NCBI GenBank assembly: GCA_032117235.1
Contig: JAULZW010000003.1
Span: 2,798-66,797, forward strand
Source of the DNA: Minisyncoccota bacterium
GTDB taxonomy: Bacteria > Patescibacteriota > Minisyncoccia > SW-4-49-11
Reading direction: 5' to 3'
Length of the DNA: 64,000 bases
Shown: positions 1 to 9,867 of the stretch, one piece after another
Numbering within the stretch: position 1 is the first letter of the stretch
Layout: every line of letters starts with the position of its first letter
The notes under the pieces: generated by a model
What the model was told of the DNA's origin: nothing
The model's database searches: none
What the model saw: only the letters and a program-made list of their open reading frames with translations
Translations under genes and position numbers: made by a program

Positions 1-156
1 TTAACAGATAAATTCCCTATATAAAATAAGGATAACATACACATATTCTAATGTCTACGGTGGGTTTCATCTTGTAAATCTTTGACTAAATAATATAAAT
101 TGTATATTCTATACATAAAGTATGTGTAAAATTAATTTTAATATATCATAATTTAT

Positions 157-813
157 ATGTTTAATTTTTTTAAGATTAGTAAAGAACCTAAGGGACTGAT
201 TGCATTTTATTCTCTAGAGGATTTTTGGTTAAATGACTTTTCAGAAGAAGAACGAACATATATAGTAAAAACTTATCAACCGATGGAAGTGGGAGTGGGA
301 GTAGGTTTAGGATTAAAAAATCAACCTAAAAACAGCTTGGTAGAGGGAAACATTTCTTCTTCCTCAGAATCAGCTGCAACTTTTTTATCTAATATAGCAG
401 GTTGGTTTGATAACCCAAGAGATAGAGATATTGCTAGAAGATTAATTGATAAATCATTATCCTTGTTAGAAAAATCTAAAAACCTAGTTGATCTACATTA
501 TGCACTAACCTCAGCAATTACAATTTATTATAAAGATAGAGCTGATGAGTTAGTTATGGAAAAAATTATTGATCTTTGTTATAAACAAATTGAGATTTCA
601 AAAGAATTAATTCCTTACTTACGAAAAGAACTATATCTTACAAAAAACGAGTCCCTACCTATACATAAAGGATATGAGCAATTAGCTATAATCTTAAAAA
701 AGGAGGGTAAGTTTGAAGAAGTCATAAAAATTAGTAAAAAAGCTAAAAAAGAAGGTTGGGCTGGTGATTGGGATAAAAGAATTGAGTTTGCTCAGAAGAA
801 ATTAAAAAAGTAA
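157..813 (+). CDS. Hypothetical helical (TPR-like) protein
   Basis: 218-aa ORF; helical, with C-terminal GYEQLAIILKKEGKFEEVIKISKKA resembling a TPR. Confidence 0.6.
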   Translation: MFNFFKISKEPKGLIAFYSLEDFWLNDFSEEERTYIVKTYQPMEVGVGVGLGLKNQPKNSLVEGNISSSSESAATFLSNIAGWFDNPRDRDIARRLIDKSLSLLEKSKNLVDLHYALTSAITIYYKDRADELVMEKIIDLCYKQIEISKELIPYLRKELYLTKNESLPIHKGYEQLAIILKKEGKFEEVIKISKKAKKEGWAGDWDKRIEFAQKKLKK

Positions 814-903
814 TACAATATTTTGAATTACAGTTTTGGCCATACCCCACAGAATATGGTATAATTGTTTTAAATTAAGAATAATTTTTGATAAGTAAAA
901 ATT

Positions 904-1770
904 ATGGCATTTGTAAAATATAATGAAGAAAGTGAATTTCCACTACCTAAAGAAGTAGTTTACTATGCAATATGTAAAGCTATTCCTACTATTAAAGGTA
1001 TGGAAATTAAAAATAGTGATAAGTTGCAAGGTAGAATAAGTGTGAGGGTATCTATTAGCTTATTTAGTTGGGGAGAATACATAACAATTCAATTAATTTC
1101 TATAAATGAAAAATTAACAAAGGTACAAATTAACTCTGCACCTAAGCATGGTATAGTTCTCGGTACTGCCTTAGATATGGAGAAAAATAGAAAAAATATT
1201 GAAGAAATTCTAAATAAAACCTCAAAAATTCTTTCATCTCAGACATCTATAGACTTACAGAATTACAACAAAGTTAGTAATCCAAATAATCATTCTAAAA
1301 CACAAAACTTTGATTTTATAGCAGATACCGTAAAAACTAAAAGACATTTTTATAAAAAATTATGGTTTATTATTTTATCAATAGTCGTTTTTTTAGTAAT
1401 ATTAACAAACTTTTCAAGAAACACTGGCAACCTGTCAGTAAATCAAACTAACCCAAATAAAGTTAAAGAATGGGCCATTGTTTATGAGTTTAATGGAAAT
1501 GGAATTAAAAAATCACCAGTATTCGAGTTGACTGGAAGTAATTCAAGATTAAAATACGAATATCAAAGTCCATCTGATAGTGTGGTTGGTACTTTTAATA
1601 TATATGTTGTTGATGAAGGAAAAGATATTATGAAAGAAGGTGCTTTTCCAGAAGTTATGACTTCAAAAAGTGTAAAAAGTGAAAGTTCAATTCAAAAAAC
1701 TGAAGGTAGATATTACTTAAATGTTAATGGAGTTGGTGATTGGAAAGTTATAGTAGAAGAAGAAAAATAA
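904..1770 (+). CDS. Hypothetical single-pass membrane protein
   Basis: 288-aa ORF with central TM segment (KKLWFIILSIVVFLVIL) and beta-rich C-terminal domain. Confidence 0.6.
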   Translation: MAFVKYNEESEFPLPKEVVYYAICKAIPTIKGMEIKNSDKLQGRISVRVSISLFSWGEYITIQLISINEKLTKVQINSAPKHGIVLGTALDMEKNRKNIEEILNKTSKILSSQTSIDLQNYNKVSNPNNHSKTQNFDFIADTVKTKRHFYKKLWFIILSIVVFLVILTNFSRNTGNLSVNQTNPNKVKEWAIVYEFNGNGIKKSPVFELTGSNSRLKYEYQSPSDSVVGTFNIYVVDEGKDIMKEGAFPEVMTSKSVKSESSIQKTEGRYYLNVNGVGDWKVIVEEEK

Positions 1771-1780
1771 AATCACCCTC

Positions 1781-2128
1781 CTACCCCCTCACCAGCAACC
1801 AAATATCTATGGCGGTGATGGTGAGGGTGGTGAGTATGGCGATGGCGACTATGCTAGAACCTATATCTTTAATCCTTTTGATTTGTATATTCCATTCTGG
1901 ATGTATAAAATCACAAATTAGTTCTATGGTAGTGTTGATGAGTTCTAGGATTATGACTAGGCTACCGAATAGTATGGTTTGTTTGATTAGATCCCAACTT
2001 TCTAGATATATTTCTAAGATTATTAGTAAGGCTATTATTATAAAGGTTTGTATAAATAAATTTCTATCTTTACTAAAGGCGTATTGTAGTCCTTCTAGCC
2101 AGAGTTTAGATTTTTGGAATAATTTCAT
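1781..2128 (-). CDS. dgkA: Diacylglycerol/undecaprenol kinase family protein
   Basis: ELINTTIELICD and IKRIKDIGSSIV motifs; three TM helices. Confidence 0.8.
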   Translation of the reverse strand: MKLFQKSKLWLEGLQYAFSKDRNLFIQTFIIIALLIILEIYLESWDLIKQTILFGSLVIILELINTTIELICDFIHPEWNIQIKRIKDIGSSIVAIAILTTLTITAIDIWLLVRG

Positions 2129-2736
2129 AATATATCTTCTATTGCTTGCTTGAATTGGTGGTCTCGCCAGATGTCTTGATGTGGGTTGGGTAAATTGTAT
2201 AACGGGTAAAATTTAGCTTCTTGTCTTTGTGGTGGACATAGTCCGATTGGGATATATCTATTGAGTAATGTGGAGGTTATAAGGGCTGGATCCCACCAGC
2301 ACCAAAAGTTTATAAATTTTGCTTGGTTCGGTAAATTTGCCAAATCTAATTCTTCCCTACTGATATCTGCTTGGACGAATATGATTGTTTGGACTGATGG
2401 TGGTAATTTATAGTCTACTAAATAATTGACTAATAATCTAGCTCCTGAGGAATGAGCGATGATGGTTTTAGGCTTTTGGGACTCTAATTCTTGATATAAT
2501 CTTTGATGTTCTTTTGTGTCTTCTGTTTTGTATCTTTCTCTATAGTATAGTTGTATTTGGGCTATTAAATTATAGGGTGTGAGGAAGTTTCTCTGAACTG
2601 GTTCTGCCCAGATATATGGATAGGCTTGATTTTGAGTGATTTCATTGTCAAAGATATAGAATCCCCCGTTCTCGGGTATATCTGGCTCTTGTATGTCTAA
2701 GGCTTTACCATAGCCATGAATTAGAAAATATTGCAT
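2125..2736 (-). CDS. Alpha/beta-hydrolase-like protein
   Basis: LIHGY oxyanion-like motif, IIAHSSGA nucleophile elbow, late His. Confidence 0.6.
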   Translation of the reverse strand: MQYFLIHGYGKALDIQEPDIPENGGFYIFDNEITQNQAYPYIWAEPVQRNFLTPYNLIAQIQLYYRERYKTEDTKEHQRLYQELESQKPKTIIAHSSGARLLVNYLVDYKLPPSVQTIIFVQADISREELDLANLPNQAKFINFWCWWDPALITSTLLNRYIPIGLCPPQRQEAKFYPLYNLPNPHQDIWRDHQFKQAIEDIL

Positions 2737-2740
2737 AATT

Positions 2741-3058
2741 TCAAATTAACTCTAGTCCTGCTTTATTCCAATGCATAATCCCAACTTGGCTATTGATTAC
2801 CTTTAGTCCTTTTTGTTGCATAATAATTGAAGCCATCTGAGACCTACCTCCACTGCGACAATATACTATATATGTTTTGGAATGGTCTAAATTGACAATT
2901 TCTTGCATTATATTGGAGTGGCTAATGTCAAAATTAATAGCCCCCACTATATGCCCTTGCTGATATTCGGCTTCTGTCCTGACATCTAGTAAGACTTCAT
3001 CTAGTTTTAGATTATTGACTCTTTTTTGGAGTTCTTCGGTAGTTTGGATTGTTTGCAT
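2741..3058 (-). CDS. Rhodanese-like domain protein
   Basis: LLDVRTEAEYQQGHIVGA and YCRSGGRS motifs. Confidence 0.9.
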   Translation of the reverse strand: MQTIQTTEELQKRVNNLKLDEVLLDVRTEAEYQQGHIVGAINFDISHSNIMQEIVNLDHSKTYIVYCRSGGRSQMASIIMQQKGLKVINSQVGIMHWNKAGLELI

Positions 3059-3219
3059 AATCTATATTTAACTATTTATAGTATATTATAGATAGGAGAT
3101 TGTTTCAAATAAACTTACTATTATACCGCTTAAATATTGACTTATCTTGATTTTCTTGCTACTGTGCTAATAGGTATCCTTATCTGGGTACTGTCCTTTC
3201 ACAATCATCAGAGGCTATT

Positions 3220-4410
3220 ATGTCTTCCAGATTCAAAGTTGAACAATTTCTGGATCGAGCTGGAGTTGATAAAGGTATTTTTACTGCTCAGCCTAGCTTC
3301 TATAGTGGTTTTAATAACCTGTTTACACTAGGTTGGGGCAATAGATATATCAAAGGAGATTTTGAGATTGACGATGAAGCTTTAATTCATATGTTTACAA
3401 AAGTATTCCGAGCTTTTAGCTCTTGTATACAGGGTGATGACTATGCTGGGTTCAAAACTTTGAGATTCCATAAGCTGTATCAGCTGATGAATGCCACCCA
3501 GATTATAAATTGGCAACGCATCAGAGCTAAGTACTTTGCTGATATTCACTATGAATTGCCCCATCAACTTTATGTGGCGATGCTTGGTGAGTCTAGAGCT
3601 TATAGCTCTGGCTACTGGCCAGAAGGGGTTAAAACTCTAGATGAAGCCCAAAATGCCAAGTTTGACTTAATTGTCAGAAAACTTGGTCTCAAAGCAGGAG
3701 ATACCGTGCTGGACTTTGGGTGTGGCGCAGGATCACTAGGCAGATATGCTGGAGCTCTTGGTATTAAGGTCGTTGGCCTTAATATCTGCAAAGAGCAACT
3801 AGATTATGCTCGTAAGCATAATAATCAGGAAGTTCCAGCAATATATCTGGACTTCAATCTCGTGACCCAGAGTGTTGCCGAGCTCAGAGATATTCTCAAG
3901 CCATACAGGATTACAGAGTTTAATGCCGTGACATTTATCGGCTCGATTGAGCATGTAGGCTGGAAAAACTATGAAACATTGTTCAGGAAACTGAATGCTT
4001 TGCTTAAACCAGAAGGTAAAATTCTCTGCCACACGATTGGCTCATATCAGCCACTACCTGTGGCTGACCCGTACATAATGACCAAGATATTTCCCGATTC
4101 TCAGCTTGCTGTTCCCAGTATAATGACTAGCGAAACTGAGAAGGCTGGATTCCAGCTGACGGACTTTCATAACCTAGAGACAGATATTCACTCCTATGCC
4201 AAGACACTTAGATGCTGGCTTCACAACTTCCAAACCAACTGGGATAGTATTGAGCCCTTTATGCCTTACAAAGATAAGGAAGCATTTTACAGGGAATGGG
4301 TGTTCTACCTAACTCTCTGTATTGGAGCCTTCGAGTCGGACTTTGTCAATGTGGGACACTATATGTTCCGCAAAATTGGCAATAATAGCCCCTTTACTGT
4401 GGTTAGGTAA
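3220..4410 (+). CDS. cfa: Cyclopropane-fatty-acyl-phospholipid synthase family SAM methyltransferase
   Basis: HY..., AYSSGYW, LDEAQNAK, VLDFGCG, IEHVG and KIFP motifs. Confidence 0.8.
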   Translation: MSSRFKVEQFLDRAGVDKGIFTAQPSFYSGFNNLFTLGWGNRYIKGDFEIDDEALIHMFTKVFRAFSSCIQGDDYAGFKTLRFHKLYQLMNATQIINWQRIRAKYFADIHYELPHQLYVAMLGESRAYSSGYWPEGVKTLDEAQNAKFDLIVRKLGLKAGDTVLDFGCGAGSLGRYAGALGIKVVGLNICKEQLDYARKHNNQEVPAIYLDFNLVTQSVAELRDILKPYRITEFNAVTFIGSIEHVGWKNYETLFRKLNALLKPEGKILCHTIGSYQPLPVADPYIMTKIFPDSQLAVPSIMTSETEKAGFQLTDFHNLETDIHSYAKTLRCWLHNFQTNWDSIEPFMPYKDKEAFYREWVFYLTLCIGAFESDFVNVGHYMFRKIGNNSPFTVVR

Positions 4411-4432
4411 CTCTCCCACAATTTACACTATA

Positions 4433-4460
4433 CCCCCAATCTTATGGGGGTTTTTATTTT
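4433..4460 (+). terminator. Rho-independent terminator after cfa
   Basis: CCCCCA-atctta-TGGGGG stem followed by T-run. Confidence 0.7.
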
Positions 4461-4556
4461 TTACATTATCTGTTATATAATACTAATAATATATTGTTAT
4501 TTTACTTATAATATATTATGATAAAGCGGTCGTGAAAATAATAATATACTAAATAT

Positions 4557-4916
4557 ATGAAAAATTTGGGTATAGAGATTGTTGGAGATTTAAAAGGTAT
4601 TGATAATATTTTTTTGGTTCATTTGAAAACTGAGAAATTAAAGATACAAATTTCTGGTTTGATTAAAAAATATGGCTTTCATGAGCTTGGAAGTTATTAT
4701 CATTCTTTTGAGCCTGGTATTACTGGAGCGGTGGTATTGGCTGAATCCCATATTGCTTTTCATACTTGGCCGGAATTTGGATATGTAAGTTTGAATGTTT
4801 TTACTTGTAATTATACGAAAGATAATGATGACAATGCTAAAGCTTTATTTGATGAAATTGCCCATATATTCCAAGCTACTAAAATAGACAAACAAATTGT
4901 AATGAGAAATCATTAG
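4557..4916 (+). CDS. speD: S-adenosylmethionine decarboxylase proenzyme (pyruvoyl-dependent)
   Basis: GAVVLAE-SHIAFHTWPE...VFTC signature. Confidence 0.85.
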   Translation: MKNLGIEIVGDLKGIDNIFLVHLKTEKLKIQISGLIKKYGFHELGSYYHSFEPGITGAVVLAESHIAFHTWPEFGYVSLNVFTCNYTKDNDDNAKALFDEIAHIFQATKIDKQIVMRNH

Positions 4917-4975
4917 AAAGAAAAAGCCCCCGGTAAATGCGGAGACTGGGTTGAAAAATAAATTACTCACTTAAA

Positions 4976-5104
4976 CTACGGGGGGGCTCCCTTGGATGGA
5001 GTACTCCATCCAACAGTAGGATCTATACCTAACACCCCATAAACTGTACTCCCCGAGATGATGAGTACAAGAATCCAGATGAGGCTGGATTTTAGAAGTT
5101 TCAT
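4976..5104 (-). CDS. Putative 42-aa small secreted/membrane peptide (not in ORF track)
   Basis: Hand translation MKLLKSSLIWILVLIISGSTVYGVLGIDPTVGWSTPSKGAPP; upstream TTGACA on minus strand (5160-5155). Confidence 0.45.
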   Translation of the reverse strand: MKLLKSSLIWILVLIISGSTVYGVLGIDPTVGWSTPSKGAPP

Positions 5105-5232
5105 ATGAATAGAATGAACCATACAATATTACATATATCAAAAACTACCTATTTTGTCAATATGTGACAAAATCGCTTTACGATTAATGCTTGCAGATGA
5201 GTAGCAAAAAGTCTATACTAATACTACTTTAT

Positions 5233-6015
5233 ATGAATATATTATCCCCTTTTCGCTATATTAAATGTTTATTTTACCCCCGTATAAGCCCATTGATTAC
5301 GGTACATATTGATGAGGCGGCTTTATTACATAATTTGAGAGAATATAGACAAGCCTATCCTGATATACAGTTTGCCCTGTACTCAAAAGCAATGCTTATG
5401 GGCATGGACTTATTCCTATTGCCCGCATATTGGACTCCCCTAAGATCCCCTTCCTTATTGTGGACTCTTATTATGAGGCTTTAACCCTGCGGCAAAATGC
5501 TATCAAATCCCCTATTCTCATTATTGGGTATATTCTGCCTGAAATTATCAAATAATCTCGCTCGATTAGGTTTGGGATTATATGGTATTAGTATGATTGA
5601 AAATAATAAACTCTCACTGAAACCCGCTCTCACACTTACTTCTATCATTAGTGGGATAAAAGTTGTCAAAAAAGGTGATACGGTCGGATATAATAATACT
5701 TTTATTGCTAAAAATGATAGGTTAATCGCAACTATTCCCGCCGGCTATGCTGAGGGAGTAGATCGTAGATTATCTAATACCGGACAGGTGGAGATAGCAG
5801 GAATATTATGCCCCATTATTGGGCGCATTAGTATGAATATTACTACTATTGATATTACTCATATGCCGAATATTCAAATTGGAGATATCGTGACTCTTAT
5901 CAGCAATGACAATTCCTCCCCTATTTCTGCTGCTAATATTGCCAAAACCTGCCAGACTATTCCCTATGAAATTCTAATTCATATTCCCTCCCATCTCAGG
6001 CGAGTGATTAAATAA
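5233..6015 (+). pseudogene. alr: Alanine racemase pseudogene (frameshift plus internal deletion)
   Basis: N-terminus IDEAALLHNL; frameshift near 5375 into PVLKSNAYGHG; stop near 5553; resumes in another frame at NLARLGLGLYG...GYAEG...GRISM...IPYEIL. Confidence 0.85.
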
Positions 6016-6025
6016 TATTCGTAGA

Positions 6026-6406
6026 TTATTTGGATAGATTAAGATCTAATTCTTTTAGCATCAATGGGTTTAGTAGAGATTCTTTAATACATTTTGCAAT
6101 GAATTCCCTTAATAAATTAGCTCCTCTGTTGTTGAGACTATATATTTTCCAATTTGGTCCTGAGGGGTTATGTTTGTCCTCATAAGTGACGAGACCAGAT
6201 TCATATAATTTTCTCAAAGCTCTATATAAGCTCATTCTGTCTATTTGAAAATTATTTTGACTGTAACTCGCCATAAATTCTTCTATCTCCTCTACTTTGC
6301 GGGGATTGGATTTTAGGCTAAATAATATCCAAAAGGTTGACATACTTTTCATAAATACTTGCTTCCAACCATTAAATAATTGCTGTTCTTGCTGTGACAA
6401 TTCCAT
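6026..6406 (-). CDS. PadR-family transcriptional regulator
   Basis: SLYRALRKLYESGLV...GPNWKIYSLNNRG winged-HTH pattern. Confidence 0.8.
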   Translation of the reverse strand: MELSQQEQQLFNGWKQVFMKSMSTFWILFSLKSNPRKVEEIEEFMASYSQNNFQIDRMSLYRALRKLYESGLVTYEDKHNPSGPNWKIYSLNNRGANLLREFIAKCIKESLLNPLMLKELDLNLSK

Positions 6407-6418
6407 ATTATAGCTAAT

Positions 6419-7312
6419 TTACTTAAAAAATACTTCTGATTTTTTTGCACTTAGAGCTCTTTCTAAGAAAACTTTTTGAAACTCTGCTGGATTATTACCA
6501 TTCTTATACCAAACATATAATGATGTAGAAATTATAATATATGATAAAACTCTGTAAAATAATATAATTATAATTGACATTATAAATGATATAATAGCAA
6601 AGAGTAAATATACATCCCATAATTTAGTAGCCCAGCTTGTAACTCCACTCTCAATAATTACATTCAAATTTAATCCAGCATATATTGAAAACCCTCCTAT
6701 GAATAGAGCACAGAAAATTACTAACACCAATCCAAATACTATAAAAAAATCTTGATACAATTGAGATATAGCAGCATAACCACCTACTTTACCAAAAATA
6801 TCTTTATTTTCTTGTAAAGTTTGCTTGATAGACTTATTGGGATTATCTAAAATTGCAGATGGTATCAAAGAGGTTATGGCTGGTACCACAATTCCATAAA
6901 TACCACTAAATAATCCCGGTAAAATAGACCCGATTGTACCAATACCAAAACTAAATCCAGTATAGGCTAACACTTTTGAGAATGAAATCCCACCTTTTAC
7001 TTGATAATTCCAGTATTGTAGCAAAATTTTAGTAATTACAAATTCAAAATAAGTACTTACAATAGCACCCCAAATAATGGATATAATCAAAGCGATAATA
7101 GTAATGATGGAAAAACTTCCATTCCAATTACCAGCAAAAAATGCATCTATATCTGCACTAGAATATTGAGAAATTATCCAACCCCATAAAGCTATGATTG
7201 GGACTAACATCAGGGTAAAGAAAAATATTGCTTGTAGTATAATACGAGGATTGTCCTTGATGGTGCGCAAAGTAGCTTTACTAATCAGACGAACTTTGGT
7301 GAAGTTGTTCAT
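6419..7312 (-). CDS. Multi-pass membrane protein
   Basis: 297 aa with several hydrophobic helices; co-oriented upstream of the PadR gene. Confidence 0.65.
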   Translation of the reverse strand: MNNFTKVRLISKATLRTIKDNPRIILQAIFFFTLMLVPIIALWGWIISQYSSADIDAFFAGNWNGSFSIITIIALIISIIWGAIVSTYFEFVITKILLQYWNYQVKGGISFSKVLAYTGFSFGIGTIGSILPGLFSGIYGIVVPAITSLIPSAILDNPNKSIKQTLQENKDIFGKVGGYAAISQLYQDFFIVFGLVLVIFCALFIGGFSIYAGLNLNVIIESGVTSWATKLWDVYLLFAIISFIMSIIIILFYRVLSYIIISTSLYVWYKNGNNPAEFQKVFLERALSAKKSEVFFK

Positions 7313-7563
7313 AATAGATAAACTTAATTATTATACATATAGTATAATACATTTAGTACACTTTGTCAAGAGGTTGGTAGAAGGGTTGAGTTGAGAGTAA
7401 ATTTATGGTAATTTATACAGTAATATAATTACGATTTTCATACAGAATTTAAACTATTTTATAAAAACCCTAGCCAATGACGGGACTTTTACTTTAAATT
7501 AGACAATAGTTGATTATATATGATATATTATTTATATGTGAAATTAATAGATAATTAAATTTT

Positions 7564-8418
7564 ATGGATACAAATAAAAAAACCTCTAAGTCCAATAATT
7601 TACCTGTTGTTATGGTTTTGATTATAATTCCTATTTTGTTTGTTTTTGGGACAATGATTGTAATAGCGATGGTAATGACTAGTAATAGACCTGATATCAA
7701 ATTAACTTTATCTGAGCCGACTGGGATTACAGATAATTCTACTACCTTTAGTGTAGATATTGAGGGGGACAAAGATAAAATTCAAAAAAAAGGTTTTGTA
7801 TATAGCACATCTAGTAATCCTGAGCTTAAATCTAAAAATAATAATTCCAGTCCGTTTTATAATTTATTTAATGGCTATTATAATTACTCGGAGTTTACAG
7901 GAACTTATGTAGAGATATCTGAAGACAAAAATAATTCCACAGCTACTAATTTAATCCCTGAAACCAAATATTATGTAAGAGCTTATGCAATTACTGGGTC
8001 AGGAATTAATTACAGCAATGAATTGTCTTTTACAACTAAACAAAGAGTGTCTTCGGCAAATGATGACATAAGAAGAAGTGATGTTAACTTTATTTTGAAC
8101 GGATTAATAGATTTGAGGAGACAGAGACCAGATATTTTTAATAGTATAAATGGATTAACTAAAAACATAAGAACTAGTGGATTTGGAGATTGTTCTTCAT
8201 CTACCATCAGAGATTCTGACTCTGTATTATATTTTGAGCTAGTGAAATATATTGGGGCAGAGAAAATAGGATATTATATGCCAGAAGATCCTAATTCTAA
8301 GTCGTTAGGATGTTCAGATTATAGTATAACTGTAAGCTCTAACAATATTATTATAACCGCTCCTAATGCAGAGTTTGGACCTATATCTGCATCATCTAAT
8401 GAAAGAAATGAAAGATAA
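7564..8418 (+). CDS. Membrane-anchored protein with fibronectin type III domain and pilin-like C-terminal region
   Basis: N-terminal TM; TNLIPETKYYVRAYAITGSGINYSNELSFTT (FN3); ANDDIRRSDVNFILNGL...MPEDP. Confidence 0.6.
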   Translation: MDTNKKTSKSNNLPVVMVLIIIPILFVFGTMIVIAMVMTSNRPDIKLTLSEPTGITDNSTTFSVDIEGDKDKIQKKGFVYSTSSNPELKSKNNNSSPFYNLFNGYYNYSEFTGTYVEISEDKNNSTATNLIPETKYYVRAYAITGSGINYSNELSFTTKQRVSSANDDIRRSDVNFILNGLIDLRRQRPDIFNSINGLTKNIRTSGFGDCSSSTIRDSDSVLYFELVKYIGAEKIGYYMPEDPNSKSLGCSDYSITVSSNNIIITAPNAEFGPISASSNERNER

Positions 8419-8434
8419 GAAATAATTACTCATA

Positions 8435-8463
8435 TTGACAAATAAATAAATAATACCTATACT
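8435..8463 (+). promoter_or_regulatory. Sigma70-type promoter
   Basis: TTGACA-17 nt-TATACT. Confidence 0.65.
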
Positions 8464-8501
8464 TAAACAAGACCTGATTATAAAAAATTAATATTAAACT
8501 T

Positions 8502-9044
8502 ATGTTTGAAGAATTTAGTCCAAGATTTGAATCAGCTTTCCGTACATTTTTAATGCTATGGGTTGTGGGTTGGGCGATTATAAATGGATTTACAACACTT
8601 GCTAGTTACGCTCAGTTCAGTATATCTAGCTATTCCAATGATGCACAATTGTTGGAGTGGTGGTTCAGAATTATAGTCTCTATTATAGCTTTAACTCTAG
8701 GTATAATTTTACTATTCTGGTCATCTAATGTTCCTAATAGAATTAAAAAGCTAAGACCTATTACTAATATTTCTTTATTTGTTGGTTTGACAATAGTTTA
8801 TTATCTATTCCCTACAGTTTCTAATATCTTGGTTGATCTCTCTTTTAATACCGAAGGAGCTTCTGCCTTAAAATTATTTATATTTCAGACAGCTTGGTTA
8901 TTCCCTAGTATAATTGTATTGGTGTTTCATATGTTATATTATATGAATATTAAAAAATACAACGAAATGTTAGAGGAGTCTCAAAATCAGCCACAAAACC
9001 CAAGTCCAGTTCAAAATCAACAAAATTTCACAATAGAACAATAG
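8502..9044 (+). CDS. Hypothetical four-TM membrane protein
   Basis: 180 aa, four hydrophobic segments, Q/N-rich tail. Confidence 0.6.
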   Translation: MFEEFSPRFESAFRTFLMLWVVGWAIINGFTTLASYAQFSISSYSNDAQLLEWWFRIIVSIIALTLGIILLFWSSNVPNRIKKLRPITNISLFVGLTIVYYLFPTVSNILVDLSFNTEGASALKLFIFQTAWLFPSIIVLVFHMLYYMNIKKYNEMLEESQNQPQNPSPVQNQQNFTIEQ

Positions 9045-9064
9045 AAGAATATATTAAAATAAAT

Positions 9065-9865
9065 ATGAATAACTCAAACTCTAGTAAATTAAAGATAATA
9101 CTAGCTGTTCCTATAACTTTAATTGTACTATGGCTACTTGCCTCTCTATACTTGACTAGCCAATCTACTGCTTTAATTTTCGACAATAAGGTTAGTTGGG
9201 CTCCAATTCCTAATTTTGGATACAGGCTAGAGTTTTTGAGAGATTCTAAGAATAGGGCTATATCTGTTTGGACATTTGACAATACCCAGTCCAATAAAGT
9301 TATACTCTATTTACATGGAAACTCTGGTAGAATTAATGACTTTTTTATTGACTTGAAAAAATATGGGACAGTAGTATCTCCTGCCTATCCTGGTTACCAT
9401 GAGTCAGAGGGGTCTCCTGATACAAAGGGTGTATATGAAGCTGCTTTGTTAGCCTATGATAACTTAGTAAAGACTAAGGGTGTTGATCCTAAAAATATAG
9501 TGATTATGGGACATTCTATGGGAGGGTCTCCTGCTGTATATGTAGCTAGCCAAAGACCAGAAGCCAAAAAATTAATACTGATCAACACCTTTAGTAGTAT
9601 TAAAAGTATGTGTGAGAGACAGTATTCTATACTTTGTGGATTTACTGGAGATATTCTTCCTACTACAACTTATGCTCCTAAAGTTACTATTCCTGTAAGA
9701 CAATTTGTGTATAAAGGAGACCTTAGTGTGCCCCCAGCAGAAGGTAAAAAATTATTTGAAAACTTTACATCAAGTACTGATAAATTTATTTTAGAGTTAG
9801 ATAAATACACTCACACTTATCCTGACTTAAATGAAGTATTAGCACAAGCTGGAGAAGCTAATTAA
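9065..9865 (+). CDS. Membrane-anchored alpha/beta hydrolase (Bem46/ABHD-like)
   Basis: LYLHGNSG, YPGYHESEGSP and GHSMGG motifs. Confidence 0.85.
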   Translation: MNNSNSSKLKIILAVPITLIVLWLLASLYLTSQSTALIFDNKVSWAPIPNFGYRLEFLRDSKNRAISVWTFDNTQSNKVILYLHGNSGRINDFFIDLKKYGTVVSPAYPGYHESEGSPDTKGVYEAALLAYDNLVKTKGVDPKNIVIMGHSMGGSPAVYVASQRPEAKKLILINTFSSIKSMCERQYSILCGFTGDILPTTTYAPKVTIPVRQFVYKGDLSVPPAEGKKLFENFTSSTDKFILELDKYTHTYPDLNEVLAQAGEAN

Positions 9866-9867
9866 AC

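Noticed and set aside
1740-2153. Met/Ser-rich plus-strand ORF and a repetitive-looking GGTGATGGTGAGG tract
   Set aside because: Antisense shadow of the dgkA-like gene; the tract encodes a hydrophobic helix
5191-5484. Programmed frameshift producing active Alr
   Set aside because: A second break with a large internal deletion makes a functional product implausible
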